A stretch of DNA of 64,000 nt from Marsupella aquatica (Eukaryota > Plantae > Marchantiophyta). Location of the stretch: NCBI GenBank assembly GCA_973895155.1, contig OZ316899.1, forward strand, positions 15,465,974 to 15,529,973, read 5' to 3'. The notes beneath the pieces were generated by a model, which searched no databases, had not been told where the DNA came from, and was given only the letters and a program-made list of their open reading frames with translations. Both the position numbers and the translations under genes were made by a program. Shown here piece by piece: positions 46,043-59,015 of the stretch (its first letter is position 1; every line of letters begins with the position of its first letter).

Positions 46043-47514
46043 CTCTACTGCGACCATAATTAAGTTATATAGAGCTACGCAATTTTAGTTAAATATTTAA
46101 AGTAGTCAAAAAAATCTCATACTTTTCCAGGATATAGCCCTTACGTAATATAACGTACCCTGAAAATCTCAACTCAAACCGACATGTGGTTTGAAAGTTA
46201 AAAATATTTTTGTTTTGTTATTTTGTGCTTAGACGCGAAAGCGCTAATGCGCCCATGCTCTTATGCGCGCATGCGCCCAACACTTAGAAAATTTTCCGGT
46301 TTTCGTATTCTACAACATTTTTAACACTTTTATCTATTTTATTGAGACACTTAGGCACCTCAAAAAAGTCTCATATTTTTCTAGCATGAAGAATATACAT
46401 TAGAGACCACTTAAGAAAAGTCTCACCTTTTTATGACTTTTAGTTTAGAAATTAAAATTTGGATAAAACCCCTATTCATTAGTTTTACCACAAATTCCCT
46501 TTTACAATAGTTAACCCCTGAAATATCTTTTAGTTAGTTTTTCATTCCAGGAACATTCCACTGAACCATAAGTACTCCTATAGTACACTTTTGTTACTTT
46601 TACTTTTACCCATGACCCTTGAGATAAGAAAGGGCATGTCCTTTCATTATCTCTTTTCCCTTTTTGTTCCTCCTAGTATATAAGTAGTAGTTCTCATGTC
46701 ATTTATGGTGTGAAGAAGTTTCATGAGTGCTCAGTTGCAAGATTGTAACTTTGTTACCTCCATTTGTAGCAAGCACTCCATTGCATATGAGTACTTAATA
46801 CAAAGGAATTCTTCCCCCTTCAAGTCTAAATGAATGAAAAGTTTGGACCCTTGAAGTAAAATTATTGTGATTGTTAAATCTTTCGAGTATGTGGAAATAT
46901 ATTCCTTGTTGGTGATGTTTCACATATTCCTTAGTTCTTGATGCATAGTTTTTGACGTGACATTGCTTGTGCACGGGATGCAAAGATTGTTGCTTACCAA
47001 GTACTTATGGCTTCAAATTTGATCATGATGATATCTCTTATTTGTGACACAAAGTACCGATTGGATACAGAAGTGATTGATTACTAGTCTCCACTCAGTA
47101 CCTTGGAAGGAAAAGTTGAGACATGTTGACGGCATTTTAGTAATCATCCTAGTACCGTAATCCTTTCCAGAAATGTTCTTGCGGATATATCACCTAAATC
47201 ATATCAAATGAAGTTATGTTGAGGAGTCACCTTGGTTGTTTCCTAACTCCCTCACCATACCTCAAGATTTTCATTGTGTTTTGTTAATTGTTTTCATTTG
47301 TTAATTTTATTTACAATGTTAAGCAAACATTCAAAACTATGCCTTGCTGAGCAACCATAGTAAAAGGCTCACCTTTGTGTTTTTGTTACTTAAGTCATTC
47401 AAAAGTGCTAAATCATAGAAAATCATTCCTTACATGTTCTTCCATGGGAACGAATACCGAGTTTTGGATCTTAAATGTTTATTTATGTCCCTAGTGTGAT
47501 ACTACATACAATTT

Positions 47515-47533
47515 TGGGCGCCGCTGCCGGGGA
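47515..47533 (+). promoter_or_regulatory. PBS, tRNA-Asp type (TGGGCGCCGCTGCCGGGGA)
   Basis: Close to the Athila PBS TGGCGCCGTTGCCGGGGA; 4 nt after the LTR CA end. Confidence 0.8.
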
Positions 47534-48019
47534 ACAGATTTAGGAATGATTTTTCATTCAGGCAGTGAATGATTAAATTAATTGTGGACCCTTAGTAGAA
47601 GAGGGATTTTTAAGAAGAAGGAAGAGGAACCAATGCAAGAAGGAGGAGAAGAATCCAACTGCAAAGAAGTCATTGGTGCTGTTCTTTTTAATGACCTTGT
47701 ATACAAAAGGGAGAGAGGTGAATTACCAAGGAAGCTCCAATTTTCCTATAGGAAGATCATCCTTCTCAAAGTCCTAATTAATCAACCTCTTTGAGAAGAA
47801 CTACAAGAGGGAGGCTGGCAGTGGATGCCAAATTAAAAGTTAAATTTTCTTGGCAGTCCTATTCTAATGGATGTATTGGAGGAATGGCAAATTGCAGTGT
47901 TTGAAGTGCGACCATACACCCTGGAAAATGCCCCTGGAGCATTTGTAGAGGTGATAAGGGAGGAAGCCCTTCCATCCGTAAGAAGAAAGAAGAGGGAAAT
48001 TAAAGCCAAGAAAGAAAGA

Positions 48020-49812
48020 TGTAAGGGTGCTTAGTTAACCCGGACTGGCGGAGTGGCCGGTACACTGCAAGCGTGAAAGGCTCGGCCTATAAGTGATGAG
48101 GAAGCGACGGGCAATCGACGAGCTCTCAGGGTATAAAAAGGGGGTCGATCCTTTGCAGTGCACCAGTTCTTCAGTCCACGCGCCAACTTTGACCCTAGTT
48201 CTCTCGCTTATCTTTAGTCGCCTTCCATCTCCTCTGAATGTCGCACATGATCCTTTCCAGTTTGGCCATATGATTCTGGATGCAGTTCCTGTCTATCAAA
48301 GGGCACTTGCCCGACTCGTTGAAACACGCCAACCCGCGATGATACGAGATTGAACGCAAGTACGACAGAGCCATCCGCCTAGCAGGCCGCCATCACTATC
48401 TCCTTAACTTTGATTACCCGTCCCAGAGCGAGCTTTACCAACCCGAAGAAAATCAAGGTACTTCTTCAACAGAGGCAAATATATCGGCTTCTGGGAGGCA
48501 TTGCTTTGGCTCCCGGACGAGGTCTTCAACATCCCGGGCATGATCGACTTACAGCGGCACCACTTTGACCACATCCCCGCTTGGGTCCGGGACATCATCA
48601 ACAGCAAGTCCAGCGCTACCCGATCTACAAGGGTGTCTACACTTGCATCAGAAAACCTCTATCGGCACCTACAAAATTTCATGGCAACTACACCATCGAC
48701 CACCGGTGCCAGCCCAGCCATGCTTGTACCCGCACCAGTCCAGGCTTAGGCTCAGCCTTAGCCTCAACCTCAACCTAGCCGATCCCCACCGCCGGTTGCC
48801 CCGCAAGTACAAGTACGCTCCATTGTCAACGCTGTGGACCTCAGCGATGATGAAGACAATACCTTACCCCTGCTCAGGCGGCCTAGAGGAGCAAGCACCC
48901 AGGGAGCCGACACTACATCGCCCCTTCCCCAGGCCCGGACCCAAGTAGTGGCTCCAGCGGATAACATGGTAACCGTAGCCTCCCCGGCCCCAATACTAAC
49001 GGCGGTGGCACTACCCATACTTGATCGGGAGGATGGGGAGGTGTCACCCTCCCCGAGCCATCATGGGAGCCAATCTCGGGGAAAGAAGAGGAAGGAACCC
49101 GCAGCTGTATCCGGGCTACCCATGGCCATGGTAGCCGCGGCCAAGGTAACAATGCACCGCATGGGGGAAAATGTGCATATGAACATCCTCCACCCCAAAC
49201 ATGCGATGTACTTGAAGACTCAGGGGTTCGAGCACCTTGCCTCTCTCCCTTGGAACACCTGCAGATACTACGGGGAGGACATGATGGAGTTTGTCAAGAA
49301 TTATGACAACATCTGTCAGCATACTCGGCTGCGGGGGAGGAATATGTCCCTCATAGAGGAGCAGCTCAGGATGATCTTTGGGCTACCCGAGGGTGATCAC
49401 CGAGTTGAATCACGGGCTCCTGGGGGCAAGGGAGCCAAGTACCAATCCTCGAGGTTTCCCTCCAAGGGGTCAGTGGACAATGGGTTCGTGATGAGGACCT
49501 GCCTCATCCCCGAGATAGGTGAGCGGCTGGAGTTCCAGAGGTACGCCCTCCACATGATGGAACCCCGGGGCAAGATCTCCACTGCCCAGGTTATCCAGGT
49601 CAAGAACTATCGACCTAGGAAGTGGGCTTCGTACTTCGCTAAGAAGTTCCATGAAGAGATGGAGCGGCAAAGGAAGTTGCTATACATCAGCGGGAAGGTG
49701 TATTTCACGAGCCACATCAAGATCATTCTCGAGTGGTACGCCCGGTTTGATCAAAGAACCCTTCCCCGGGTCAACGTAACTAAGTTGGTCCCGACTAGGT
49801 AGATCTTCTTGG
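48020..49812 (+). mobile_element. Probable third ORF-bearing LTR (family C), 5' part, interrupted at 49813
   Basis: Abrupt start TGTAAGGG with GC shift; TATAA-like motifs at ~48088 and ~48132; ORF homologous to family A. Confidence 0.5.
48834..49802 (+). CDS. Homolog of the family A LTR protein domain
   Basis: Aligns by eye: GFE..LPW, DMMEFV, TRLRG, IFGLPEG, NGF..TC..P.IGE, PR..I..AQV, YAR. Confidence 0.7.
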   Translation: MDLSDDEDNTLPLLRRPRGASTQGADTTSPLPQARTQVVAPADNMVTVASPAPILTAVALPILDREDGEVSPSPSHHGSQSRGKKRKEPAAVSGLPMAMVAAAKVTMHRMGENVHMNILHPKHAMYLKTQGFEHLASLPWNTCRYYGEDMMEFVKNYDNICQHTRLRGRNMSLIEEQLRMIFGLPEGDHRVESRAPGGKGAKYQSSRFPSKGSVDNGFVMRTCLIPEIGERLEFQRYALHMMEPRGKISTAQVIQVKNYRPRKWASYFAKKFHEEMERQRKLLYISGKVYFTSHIKIILEWYARFDQRTLPRVNVTKLVPTR

Positions 49813-50663
49813 TGTCGCGAGGACTTAAAGTTAGGGGCTCCTCGGGCAAACTACACGTTTCTGGCTGCGATCAAGACAGGTGACAAGCACTTTTCGGAGC
49901 AAACTCTCACTCCTTTATATTTTTTACTTTTCTCACAAAGGTTACAATAGGTGCCCTCGAGTAAGCTTGCCCACAAGAGTCTGGTAGCTGGCCCTACGGC
50001 GGGCCGCTACCTCTAACTTGTTGGGTAGAACTCCTCGAGTGACTAACTACTCAAAATCTGATGGAAAAACTATCCTCCTTAGCTCACAAAAACCAAAAAC
50101 TTGACTAGCTACTCCACTAGTCTAAAACAGCTCGCACGGAACTCGGGCTTGGACCAACGAGGCTCCAAACTTGAGAAATCCTCGCCTGGATTGACAAGAC
50201 TCCAAACTTGAGAAATCCCCGCCTGGATCAACGAGACTCCAGACTCAAGAAATTCCCCGCCTGGATCAAAAACTCCCCACCTGGATCAAAAACTCACTCG
50301 GAACTCCAAACCCGCCGCACAACAATCGAGTTGCACAGAACGGAGCGAAACTCACAGAACGCAACTCAATAGATCTCAATAGACAACCGCCAACCTCAAT
50401 GAGCCGAGGCTCAAGTCTTAAGTAGCATCGGAAACCCAACCATTCAGCCTGAGCCAGCTGCCAGCAGCGAGGCTCATCCAAACTCCAAGCCTGGTGACTC
50501 ACCCAAACACCAAACCTGGTGACGACGAGTCACCCAATCACCAAACCTCAATCCATCCAACCAAGCAGCCCCTCTAAGTCAGCATGCACGTAACCCAACC
50601 GGGAGGCCTCGCCCATCATCCCCTATAAAAGCCATTCCTGAGCCAAAATCTTTTGGCACGACA
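49813..50663 (-). repeat. 3' LTR of element D (851 bp)
   Basis: TG..CA with inverted ends; PPT at 50664-50672. Confidence 0.7.
50151..50290. repeat. ~38-bp tandem repeat (3-4 units) in LTR D
   Basis: CTCCAAACTTGAGAAATCCCCGCCTGGAT units. Confidence 0.8.
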
Positions 50664-53600
50664 TCCTCCCCCAGTAAACTTGAGCAGCCTCCGGTCTGCT
50701 CCAATCGATCAGATTTCCTTTAAGTTTGAGTCGGAACTCAAGCCATGCGCCTGGACCACTTCCTCCTCAAGAAACTCAAACCCAAAGCCTTTAGACTTGG
50801 CCTTAGGCACTCCACTTTCTAGAAACTCAAAGTCCAACTCATCCAAACCAGAACCAGTCAAGCCACTTTCGAAACTCAAGTCCAATGGATGCGCCTGGAC
50901 CAGTGCCTCGTCTTCAAATTCACTCAAGTTGGAACTTGAGTCCATTTCATCTCTAGTTCGCACCTTGCAAACCTTCACTCTCTCCCGTATGTCAATGACT
51001 CGATAGTCAATCCGATCAAGCTCTTGAATCTGCCTCTTCAAGTTGTGATGGATCCCTCAATTGTCAGCATACTCCTGAACATCCCAATACAAATCTGGCC
51101 ACCAATACTCCTTTTGGATCTGCTCATAGACCTTCGCCCTTATTCCTTTCAAACCACCTTTGACCTCAGCATCATAGACTTCCTCCAAAATCCGCTTTTG
51201 CTCATCCTTAGAATTGACAACTCTCCTCGGTACTAGCATGGGCCCCTTAGGTTTCCACCAAAGGTAGCCCCTCTCTAAGAATGAACTTATCAGAATTCAC
51301 TCGAATGTCTTCGAACGTTTTACCATCCTGCTTCAGCCGCTTCGCAAAGTCACTCAGATACTTCCCAATGTCTAGTAGCTCTCCTGAGTAACACTCTTCC
51401 TTGAACACTAGGCTCCCCATCTTTTGGTCCGCAATTGGCTCCCCTTTGAACTTTGTACTTAGATCCATCTTAGCATCTTGGTTCTCCCCCATAGCAATGC
51501 CAACTTCTGCCGCTGTTGGATCTCGCAGCTGCTTTCAGTTCCTCTCATTTCCAGGTAGAACCGCCAGAAACTGAACCACCTCCTTATCATCTTTGCCCCG
51601 TGTGATGCCTAACCAGGAATCACTAGGCCGGTTAAGTGGGAAAAAGGAAGTGTACCCTAGAAATACCTTAGTATAGTTACAAGAATGAGGAAAATATAAA
51701 CAATTAAGGGTGACTATGGAACCCGGGCCGAGGCCGGAAGTAAGGACGTCGGGGGAGAGAATACGATTAGGGTTAGGGCGCACTAAGTGTCGGCGGCTAG
51801 GGGTAACCAACGATAGGGAAGACCAGAGGAGGAGAGGGGTAAGGACAGCTCGCGAGGAATGGTGGCTCATTTGCAAGCACGAACTGGGCAGACGACTACG
51901 GGAGGCCAACTACTGTCAGCTGCTTAGACAAGCACTCTGGGCGGGAGCAGATACCAACGAACAACTCAAGGAGGGTATGAGCAACGTCAATCAAGTGGCA
52001 CATTTTTGGGGATGCCTGTTCGAACGGGCAACTGAGTACATTGGGACTTACAAGGACAAAGAATTGGAGAGAGCAGCTCGAGAATGGCAGGAGCTCGCTT
52101 GACTGTGGGAGCTGCAGAAATCTGCCTTCTTAGGAGGAGAATTCATCAAGGCCGAGTTCTTGTGGACTCCTACTGCCAATCAGCTTGACAACCTTCTGTT
52201 TTGCGAAAACAGGATTGTCGGCATTTGAGAAGCCATCAACCGCTGCAACGACATACACTGGGAGTTGAAGGGTAGCACGGAGGGGTGGACAAAGGCAACC
52301 GTGCTAGGAGAAACATCCACAATAGCCGAGATGAAGAGGAAAGGAAACAACAACGAAGAGGCCACCCCGACAAAAAGAACGAGGTCGGTGGCACCAAGGA
52401 AGCCAGCAGAGCAGGGAAGCAGGAGGCAGGCGGAAGCCGAAGAGGAGGAGGTCAATCCCATCAATGCCATTCCAACAAAGGATGACACCTAGAAAGGCTG
52501 GGCGGCGACCCTACCAGAAGAAGTGCAACTGCATTTTGCACGGGAGGAGGATGCATGCTTTACGACCATGCAGACCAAGAAGTACCAGGGCTTCATGGCC
52601 GGATCCGGCTTGGAAGCCTTCGTAAAATTACCATGGCTGAAGCCGGAGGTGCCGGATTCAGACTTATTAGAATTCGTGGGATCATGGGAGCCCGAGACCA
52701 ATTCCACAAGGGTGTATGGGAAGGATTTCTATCTCACTCCCCGGGTGATTGCCAAAGTGTTTGGCTTGCCGATGGGCAATAAGACCAAAGTAGATACCAG
52801 GAAGACCTTGCCAGACAAGGAGTTTTGGTCGTTTCCAGGGCCATCAACAAAGAATGGCTTCTTTCGAAATACCTGCACCAACCCACACATAGGAGAAATG
52901 ATCGATTTCTTGCGGGTGACCATGCATTGTAACTTGCCGAGGGCAAAGATCGGCAAGGCACAGGTCTATCTGGCGGAGAGGCCAGACCCAAGCCGAGACT
53001 ACAATGGGTACCTCCTCACCCAACTAAAGAAGATCTTGAAGGAGGAACAGCTGGTGATCGGCATGGGAAGCGTGTCCCGGCTTGGCTATCACATGCCGCT
53101 GTTGTGCTGGTATGCCAGAAGTCAGATCTTTGCCCCAATACTTCCCCTGCAGGCGAGGGCACCAGAGGAAGTCCCGGAGCAGAGGCCGGCAACAGAGGAG
53201 CCCAACCAGCCCGCCAGTCCTATGATCGAGCAGATGTTTCAGCCAAGAAAAGAAGACTTGCCGATGCAGCAATCAGGCATGCAGAATCTGCTGAAATTGC
53301 TGGAAAAGGAGAAGAGAACGGCACCGGCAACGACAACGGCACCGGCACCGGTACAGGACACTGCCCCAGAGGTCGGCCTAAGCCGACTCAGGAGGGAAAA
53401 CCCCTTTATCGGAGCCAAGGTGAGTAGGAGGCCAAAACACGAGTTGGGAGTTCGAATGTATGTGGGAGCCTCCAGCCCTGAATTGGAGGCAAAGCAACCT
53501 AAGGCTCCTGCCCGCGGAAAGCAGAGGGAGAAGACAACTTGGAACCCAGAGGAGGAACCAGGGCCCGTGATCTGTGAGGCCGTTTTTACGGCGGGACCAG

Positions 53601-54979
53601 GAGAACAGAGGGGGAAGCCGGGAGTCCAAGCAGTGGAGGAGGCGGTGGAGGACTACAGCAATGATAACTCCGGCTATGGGTCGGATCATCATGTACCAGG
53701 AGTAAGAACCTGTGGCCGCTTTATCCCCACGCTTCCAAGAGTAGTTCGAGGGGATCCCACCCAACAGAGCAGCCCCGAGTCCCCCCCCACCAGATGTCGC
53801 TCCCCCAAGATTTGACGGCATAAAGCAGACGGCACAAGAGTTTCAAGAGCAACTCAGAGAGGAAGAGAAGGCAGCCTTGGCTAGGGAGAAAGATTTACTA
53901 GGAGGAGATTGGCCAGAGGACATCAGGCGGCTTGCCAAAAAAAGAAGCAACCCTCTTGCCACCATAGAAGAAATCCGCAGGGCGGCTTGGGAACAGAGAC
54001 CGAGGTGGTTGATGTCGATGACTTCTACTTACTCCACCTATGCTAAAGATGGAGCCATGGAGTACGGGGAGATGTGTGGGGAACTTGCGCTCAGCATCTT
54101 TGGGGAGGAGTTGGAGCAGGGACCCTTTTTCCAGAGGGAGATATTGGAGAAGCACCAATTAGAAGAAGCAGTGGCTTTGGAGAGAAGCAAGAAGGACGAG
54201 GTCATCTGGCGGCTTAGGGAGATGGAAGCCGAGGTGGAAGACCTAAAGGCAGCCAAGAAAGCCCAAGATGAGCTACGGATTAAACGGCATGAGCTAAACA
54301 TCGTGCAGGGGCAGTTGGATACCGCGTAGTCTGATAATCAGATTATCAAGGATAAACTGATTCAGACCCAAGGAGAGTTGGCCGAGGCGGTCAAAGAAAG
54401 GGAGAAGTGGAAACGAGAGCTGAGAGACGTAGAGGAGGCCCACATAGCAGCAAACAACCGGGCCATGGCAGAGACTCAGAGAAGGGAGAGGGCGTTGAAG
54501 GAGGAACTCGAGGATATCCGCGGAGCTCTAGAGCAGAAGGAAGCCAAGTTAGGAAAATCCTATCAAGGGATTATTATGCTACAAGAGGAGCTTGCTTCCC
54601 TGACAGCCAGCTTCAAGGCCGACCTCCGTGAGAAAGACGACCAGCTCAACCAGACTTATGCCAAGATGAATAAAATGGAGTTTGATGTCATGACAGAGCT
54701 CGACGAGGAGCTAAGAGCAACCCAGGAGGAGAGGGCTACCTTAAAGAAAGAGTTGGAAGAAGCCCAAAAAGAGTTGGAAGAAGCCCAGAAGGAGCTGAAG
54801 GAGGCAAGGAAGGACCTGGACAAAACCCAGGAGGAGTTGGAAGAAACCACAAGGAAGATGGAGAACTTACAGCGGCGGGCCGACAACCAAACGGAGCGGC
54901 TGAAGAAACACGCCGCAGTATTTAAGTGCTTAGCTTCATCTATTCCAACTCCAATTGTGGGAACCCCGTTACCAGGAGT

Positions 54980-57572
54980 CACTAGTAGAAATACCCCCTA
55001 TTTTTGACCATAAAATACGACTGACTATGACTAAAACCGGTCATCTATGACATTAAATCACTGACGTCGTTCTTGCAACTAGTAGTTGTAAAAGTGGTGA
55101 CTTGGATTGACTTAGTCATATTATTGACTAGTGTCAATAGTCTTTTTAGTGACTAGAGACTCAAGTATTTAGATCTATACATCAGTCAAACATAACTGTT
55201 TAGAATGACTTAGTTCGAGTCATATAGGGTTTTCCATGAGTGATTGGTAACACTGATTTGACCGCACTAGTTTCCGTAGACAATGATGTCATTCATATTC
55301 GAGACTGAGTCATTCATGCCACAAAAGCACCAATCCAACTAACAATGGCATAATAACAGAGTAAAAATATGAGCAATCCATCAAAAAATAGAGTATACTT
55401 GAGGATTGAGAGAGAGAGAATTTTGTGGCAGAGAAGATGATGGTGAGCAAAGACAAACAAACAGAGTACTGACAAAGTGGAGAGAGACACACGGACGGAG
55501 AGAGAGCAAGGAGAGAATTAAGCAAGGAGAAAATTCTGCTCAGTGTTGAAGTAGTCAAACCAAAGCTGGTACAGACGTGCGAGAAGACCCAGGACTCTAA
55601 GATTGGACACTCGATTGCTAATCCTGAAAGATTGTGTAGAATAAAAGTGGACAATTGTTGGGCTAGCATTTTCATAGTTGAATAAAGGAATTCACAAGTC
55701 AAAGAACCCAATAGAACTTAGTTGTAGAGTAGCATATTGAAGCAAACATGCGAGTCTACGAGCAGCAAATTAAAATATTGGCAATGGTAGCACAAACGCC
55801 CGACCTTGAGACCACCAGTGAAGACAAAGCAATGACAATGCAGAGGGCTCTGAGTGATTGCAGACCTCAGGAGTTGAGAAACCCTGGAATGATTTCTTTG
55901 TGCCTAGCTTGGCAAAAGAGAAAGCTCTCGAACGGGTGGAAAATTGATCTGCGAGTGCCACAGACAGAGTGTGGCTCATCAATTCTGTGGCTCATCCGTT
56001 GTCCATGGAGGAGTACATTATAGAGTATCACATTTGACTAATGTCCTGTACATGGAATACAGGACCGTTGAGTTGAAATCGCAGCTCAGCAAAGGCAAAG
56101 AAAAACCCCCTGCACCCCACCTTAGTTCTGCACAACACTTCCGCACACTAGAATACTAGTGTATAAGGATGGTGGGGATTCAAGCTTCACAGCCAAAGCA
56201 GAATGAAAGTGCCGACAATATACTTTGATCTACATTTCCATAGTGAAATCCAAGTTTGACCCCGGCCCCGACCTCAGATTGCTATAGTGATGGGCGTGCA
56301 TAAGAGAGGGAGAGATTTTGTACGTACTTGAGGATCGCGAGTGAGAAAAATCTGCAGGAGAGAGGACAATGGAGAGCGGAGACGATGGACGAGCAAGACC
56401 GAGAGAGAGGTCGAGAGAGAGCGAGGAGAGAATTGAGCAAGAGAGGAAACCCTGTAGAACTCAAGGAACCCAGTAGAACTTAGCCCTACCGTAGCATATC
56501 AAAGAGAAAGAAAGCAAGGCAATAGCAGCAATCAAACCCTACCGAGAGACGGAGATGACCAGCACCGCAGCTCAACTTTGTAGAGGTGTTGGATGACTAC
56601 CATGACCACAGCAAGGCTTCGCGCAAGGCAAAGAGTAAGTCTAGGGCGCATTTGCGCATTCTCACTTTCTATCGAGAGCAAGTATTGTGATAGCAGACAT
56701 GCAAAGCTCCATTCCAATGCTGCGCATGGCAAAGTCAGAGGTAAGTACTTACAAAGCAGATGGCGGAAGACAGACCCCCACACCACAAACTTATGCTCCG
56801 ACCCTAAAATAACTGACCGCAATGCCCCCGCAATGCCTTCGGGGAGCACTCACTCTTGCACTTAGCACTCGACTGAAAATCGCTGCCATTGCGCTTCAAG
56901 TGTGGTCCTAAACACTTCCGCCTTCCTAAAAGCTCTAGTAAGAGTGGTAGCGAGAAGAAATCCCGACACACTCCTCATTCGCTCCTCCTCCCTCCTTGAT
57001 CAATCGACTATCGACTATCGATAGTCACCTCATTCGCTCCTCCTCCCCTCCCCTCCCCTCGCTAAACCCTCTCTGCGGACGAAGACCTTAAACTTTCGCT
57101 CCCGCGCACAAGGGTGGAGAGTACTAATGTACTCAGCCAGTGACATGTAAGGGAGCCAGTTACATGCAAGGGGCTGATGTAAAGGAGCCAATGACATGTA
57201 AGGGGCTGATGTAAAGGAGCCAATGACATGTAAGGGAGCCAGTGACATGCAAGGGGCTCATGTAAAGGAGCCAGTGATATTTAAGGGGCTCACCTAATGG
57301 GGTACCTCTACTATTTGAGACTTTCTCACATTAAAAGCTTGAATGTTTGGCAATTGGTGATTAGCACTCACTCACATAAGTACTTAGCACTAAGACATTT
57401 GGCTTGGATAGGGGACCTGCCATTTTCCTTATGAAGGAGTCGCAACAAATGAGTGGATAGTTTGTAGAAGTGATACTTAAGACATATGTAGTGATAACTC
57501 CCTAAACTTCCATAACCTTGTCACATTAGTCAATAGTGGTTTGGTCAAAAATAGGGGGTATTTCTACTAGTG
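54980..57572. mobile_element. Non-autonomous CACTA (En/Spm) DNA transposon, 2593 bp
   Basis: 31-bp TIR CACTAGTAGAAATACCCCCTATTTTTGACCA; 3-bp TSD AGT; no transposase ORF. Confidence 0.95.
57134..57290. repeat. Tandem AGCCA(A/G)TGACATGTAAGG(G) minisatellite inside CACTA
   Basis: Directly visible degenerate units of about 19 and 13 bp. Confidence 0.8.
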
Positions 57573-58950
57573 AGTGGTACTGGCAGAAGGACAAGCCGAG
57601 CCACACGCCCTGATGCCAAAGGTAAGTGGCAAAGGGAAGGGACCAGCTGCCGAAATAGGGAAGAAGAAGAAGCGGAAACCTTCTGGGAGTCCAGCCGTTG
57701 TGACCAAGGAGGTAAACCCGACACCAACCTCCGGCATGGTCACGACAATGGATCCACCTGTCAAGGAAGGTGGGGATGGCAAGACCGAGGCCGGGACAAC
57801 TATTGATGAAGCCGTGGTAGCAAACCCACCACTAGAGCCAGTCGAGGAAACCATAGCCGGGGAGGCCGTGGCCGATACTGATGCCGAAGCCGAGGGTGGA
57901 CCCAGTCAGGCCAATGAAGAGTTGACTCGGTCCGGGGTAGGTAATCTGTCAGAGGAAGGACCAACAGCAATGGCTGCGGGGGAAGCGTTGGGGGCGTCCA
58001 TTGAGGATCCACCACCGGTGTCGTGACGGTGCAAGGGCGCCGTTCCTTTTAGGAAGGGCGGACGTGGAGGTAGGAGGCGTGAGTGGGCAGGGCGGGCTCA
58101 GATCTCCAAGTTTAGGCTTAGGATCAGGACCAGGAGACGGCCTTGACACTTAGATTAGTGGGATTGCGGATCCACTGGTAGGAGCAACACTTGTGCTCCT
58201 GCCTCGCTGTACTTAGGTAGATTATAGTTAGGTAGATTACAGGTAGGATAGATTAAGCTTACGCTGCTAAGAATTGGCGGATCCACTTCTAGGATAAGTA
58301 CCTGGGCAGCGAGGAGTCCAGGGCCTCTTCCTTAGCAAGTTTTTAGTTGCACCAACAGGGCTGGGATCAAGTAGTAAGAGAAGCTCTCGGTTAGTTATAC
58401 AGTGACCCTTGTGTATATTCATGTTTCCTCACGCCTAAGAGCTTAATAGAGTTGGCCTCACGGCTAAGTTCGCAGAACTTGTGTATGAGATGTACTGTTT
58501 GTATGGCAAGTGCATGGTATAACTCAGTGAGAAGGAGTCATTTTGCTATTTGTGTGTCGCATTAACTTGTGTGAAGAGTGCCCACATCAACTAATAGATG
58601 AAGGGAAGTAAGCAAGGGAGTGAGAGTTGGATGTGTTGAGCTGAGAGAGGTCTTAGCGGCTTAACCAAGCCAATTGGGGATCATTCCGGCGGCGGAATCC
58701 AAATATACCTAAAGAAAAGGAGGGGAATACAAGGGAAGGCCTAGATTAGGCCGACTACGTATCTCATGACCCGATGAAGGATCTGTCCAGTATATGTGTG
58801 TAAAATGTTAATAGTAGTAGTAGAAGGAAGTTAGCAGCGTCCCATGCCGCTAAGCCGCAGAAACGGCCTCGCCGAGGACGAAACCTGCGGGAATCGACCT
58901 GCGCAGGGGGGTTTCTTGGGTTTGGGGAGCCATGGGATGCACCACATTTT

Positions 58951-58969
58951 TGGCGCTAGATGGAGGGGG
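58951..58969 (+). promoter_or_regulatory. PBS (TGGCGCTAGATGGAGGGGG)
   Basis: TGG-initiated, 4 nt after the LTR end; resembles Tat-group PBS as I recall it. The tRNA is not assigned. Confidence 0.7.
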
Positions 58970-59015
58970 CATTTCTTAAGCCATGAGATGTGAAGATAGG
59001 AAGAAAGTGTAGGTA

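Larger units (their letters stand above)
43061..47510 (+). mobile_element. Giant 5' LTR, family B (~4.45 kb) of an Athila-like gypsy element
   Basis: Starts TGTGATAT exactly where G1 RNase H breaks; ends ...CATACA before an Asp-type PBS; TATATAA at ~46677. Confidence 0.75.
49813..51600 (-). mobile_element. Gypsy-derived element D, 3' end (minus strand)
   Basis: On minus strand: degenerate integrase Zn-domain-like ORF (EQKRILEEVYD..GG...YWWPDLYWDV), PPT GGGGGAGGA, then LTR TGTCGTG...CGCGACA. Confidence 0.7.
51716..58026 (+). pseudogene. LTR-encoded ORF of A4 (~1240 codons net), split by CACTA
   Basis: Pieces 51710-52102, 52265-52492, 52523-53815, 53877-54329, 54378-54979 and 57574-58026. Confidence 0.85.
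51601..58946 (+). repeat. Giant 5' LTR, family A copy 4 (~4.75 kb net of CACTA)
   Basis: TGTGATGC...GCACCACA. Confidence 0.9.

Noticed and set aside
50151-50290. Repeat array as CRISPR
   Set aside because: Contiguous tandem units without unique spacers, inside an LTR; no cas genes; eukaryotic context.
55310-57248. Short ORFs inside the CACTA
   Set aside because: No TnpA/TnpD motifs; they derive from GA-rich, internally duplicated sequence.
57134-57290. Repeat array as CRISPR or coding repeat
   Set aside because: Degenerate minisatellite inside a CACTA; no spacers.
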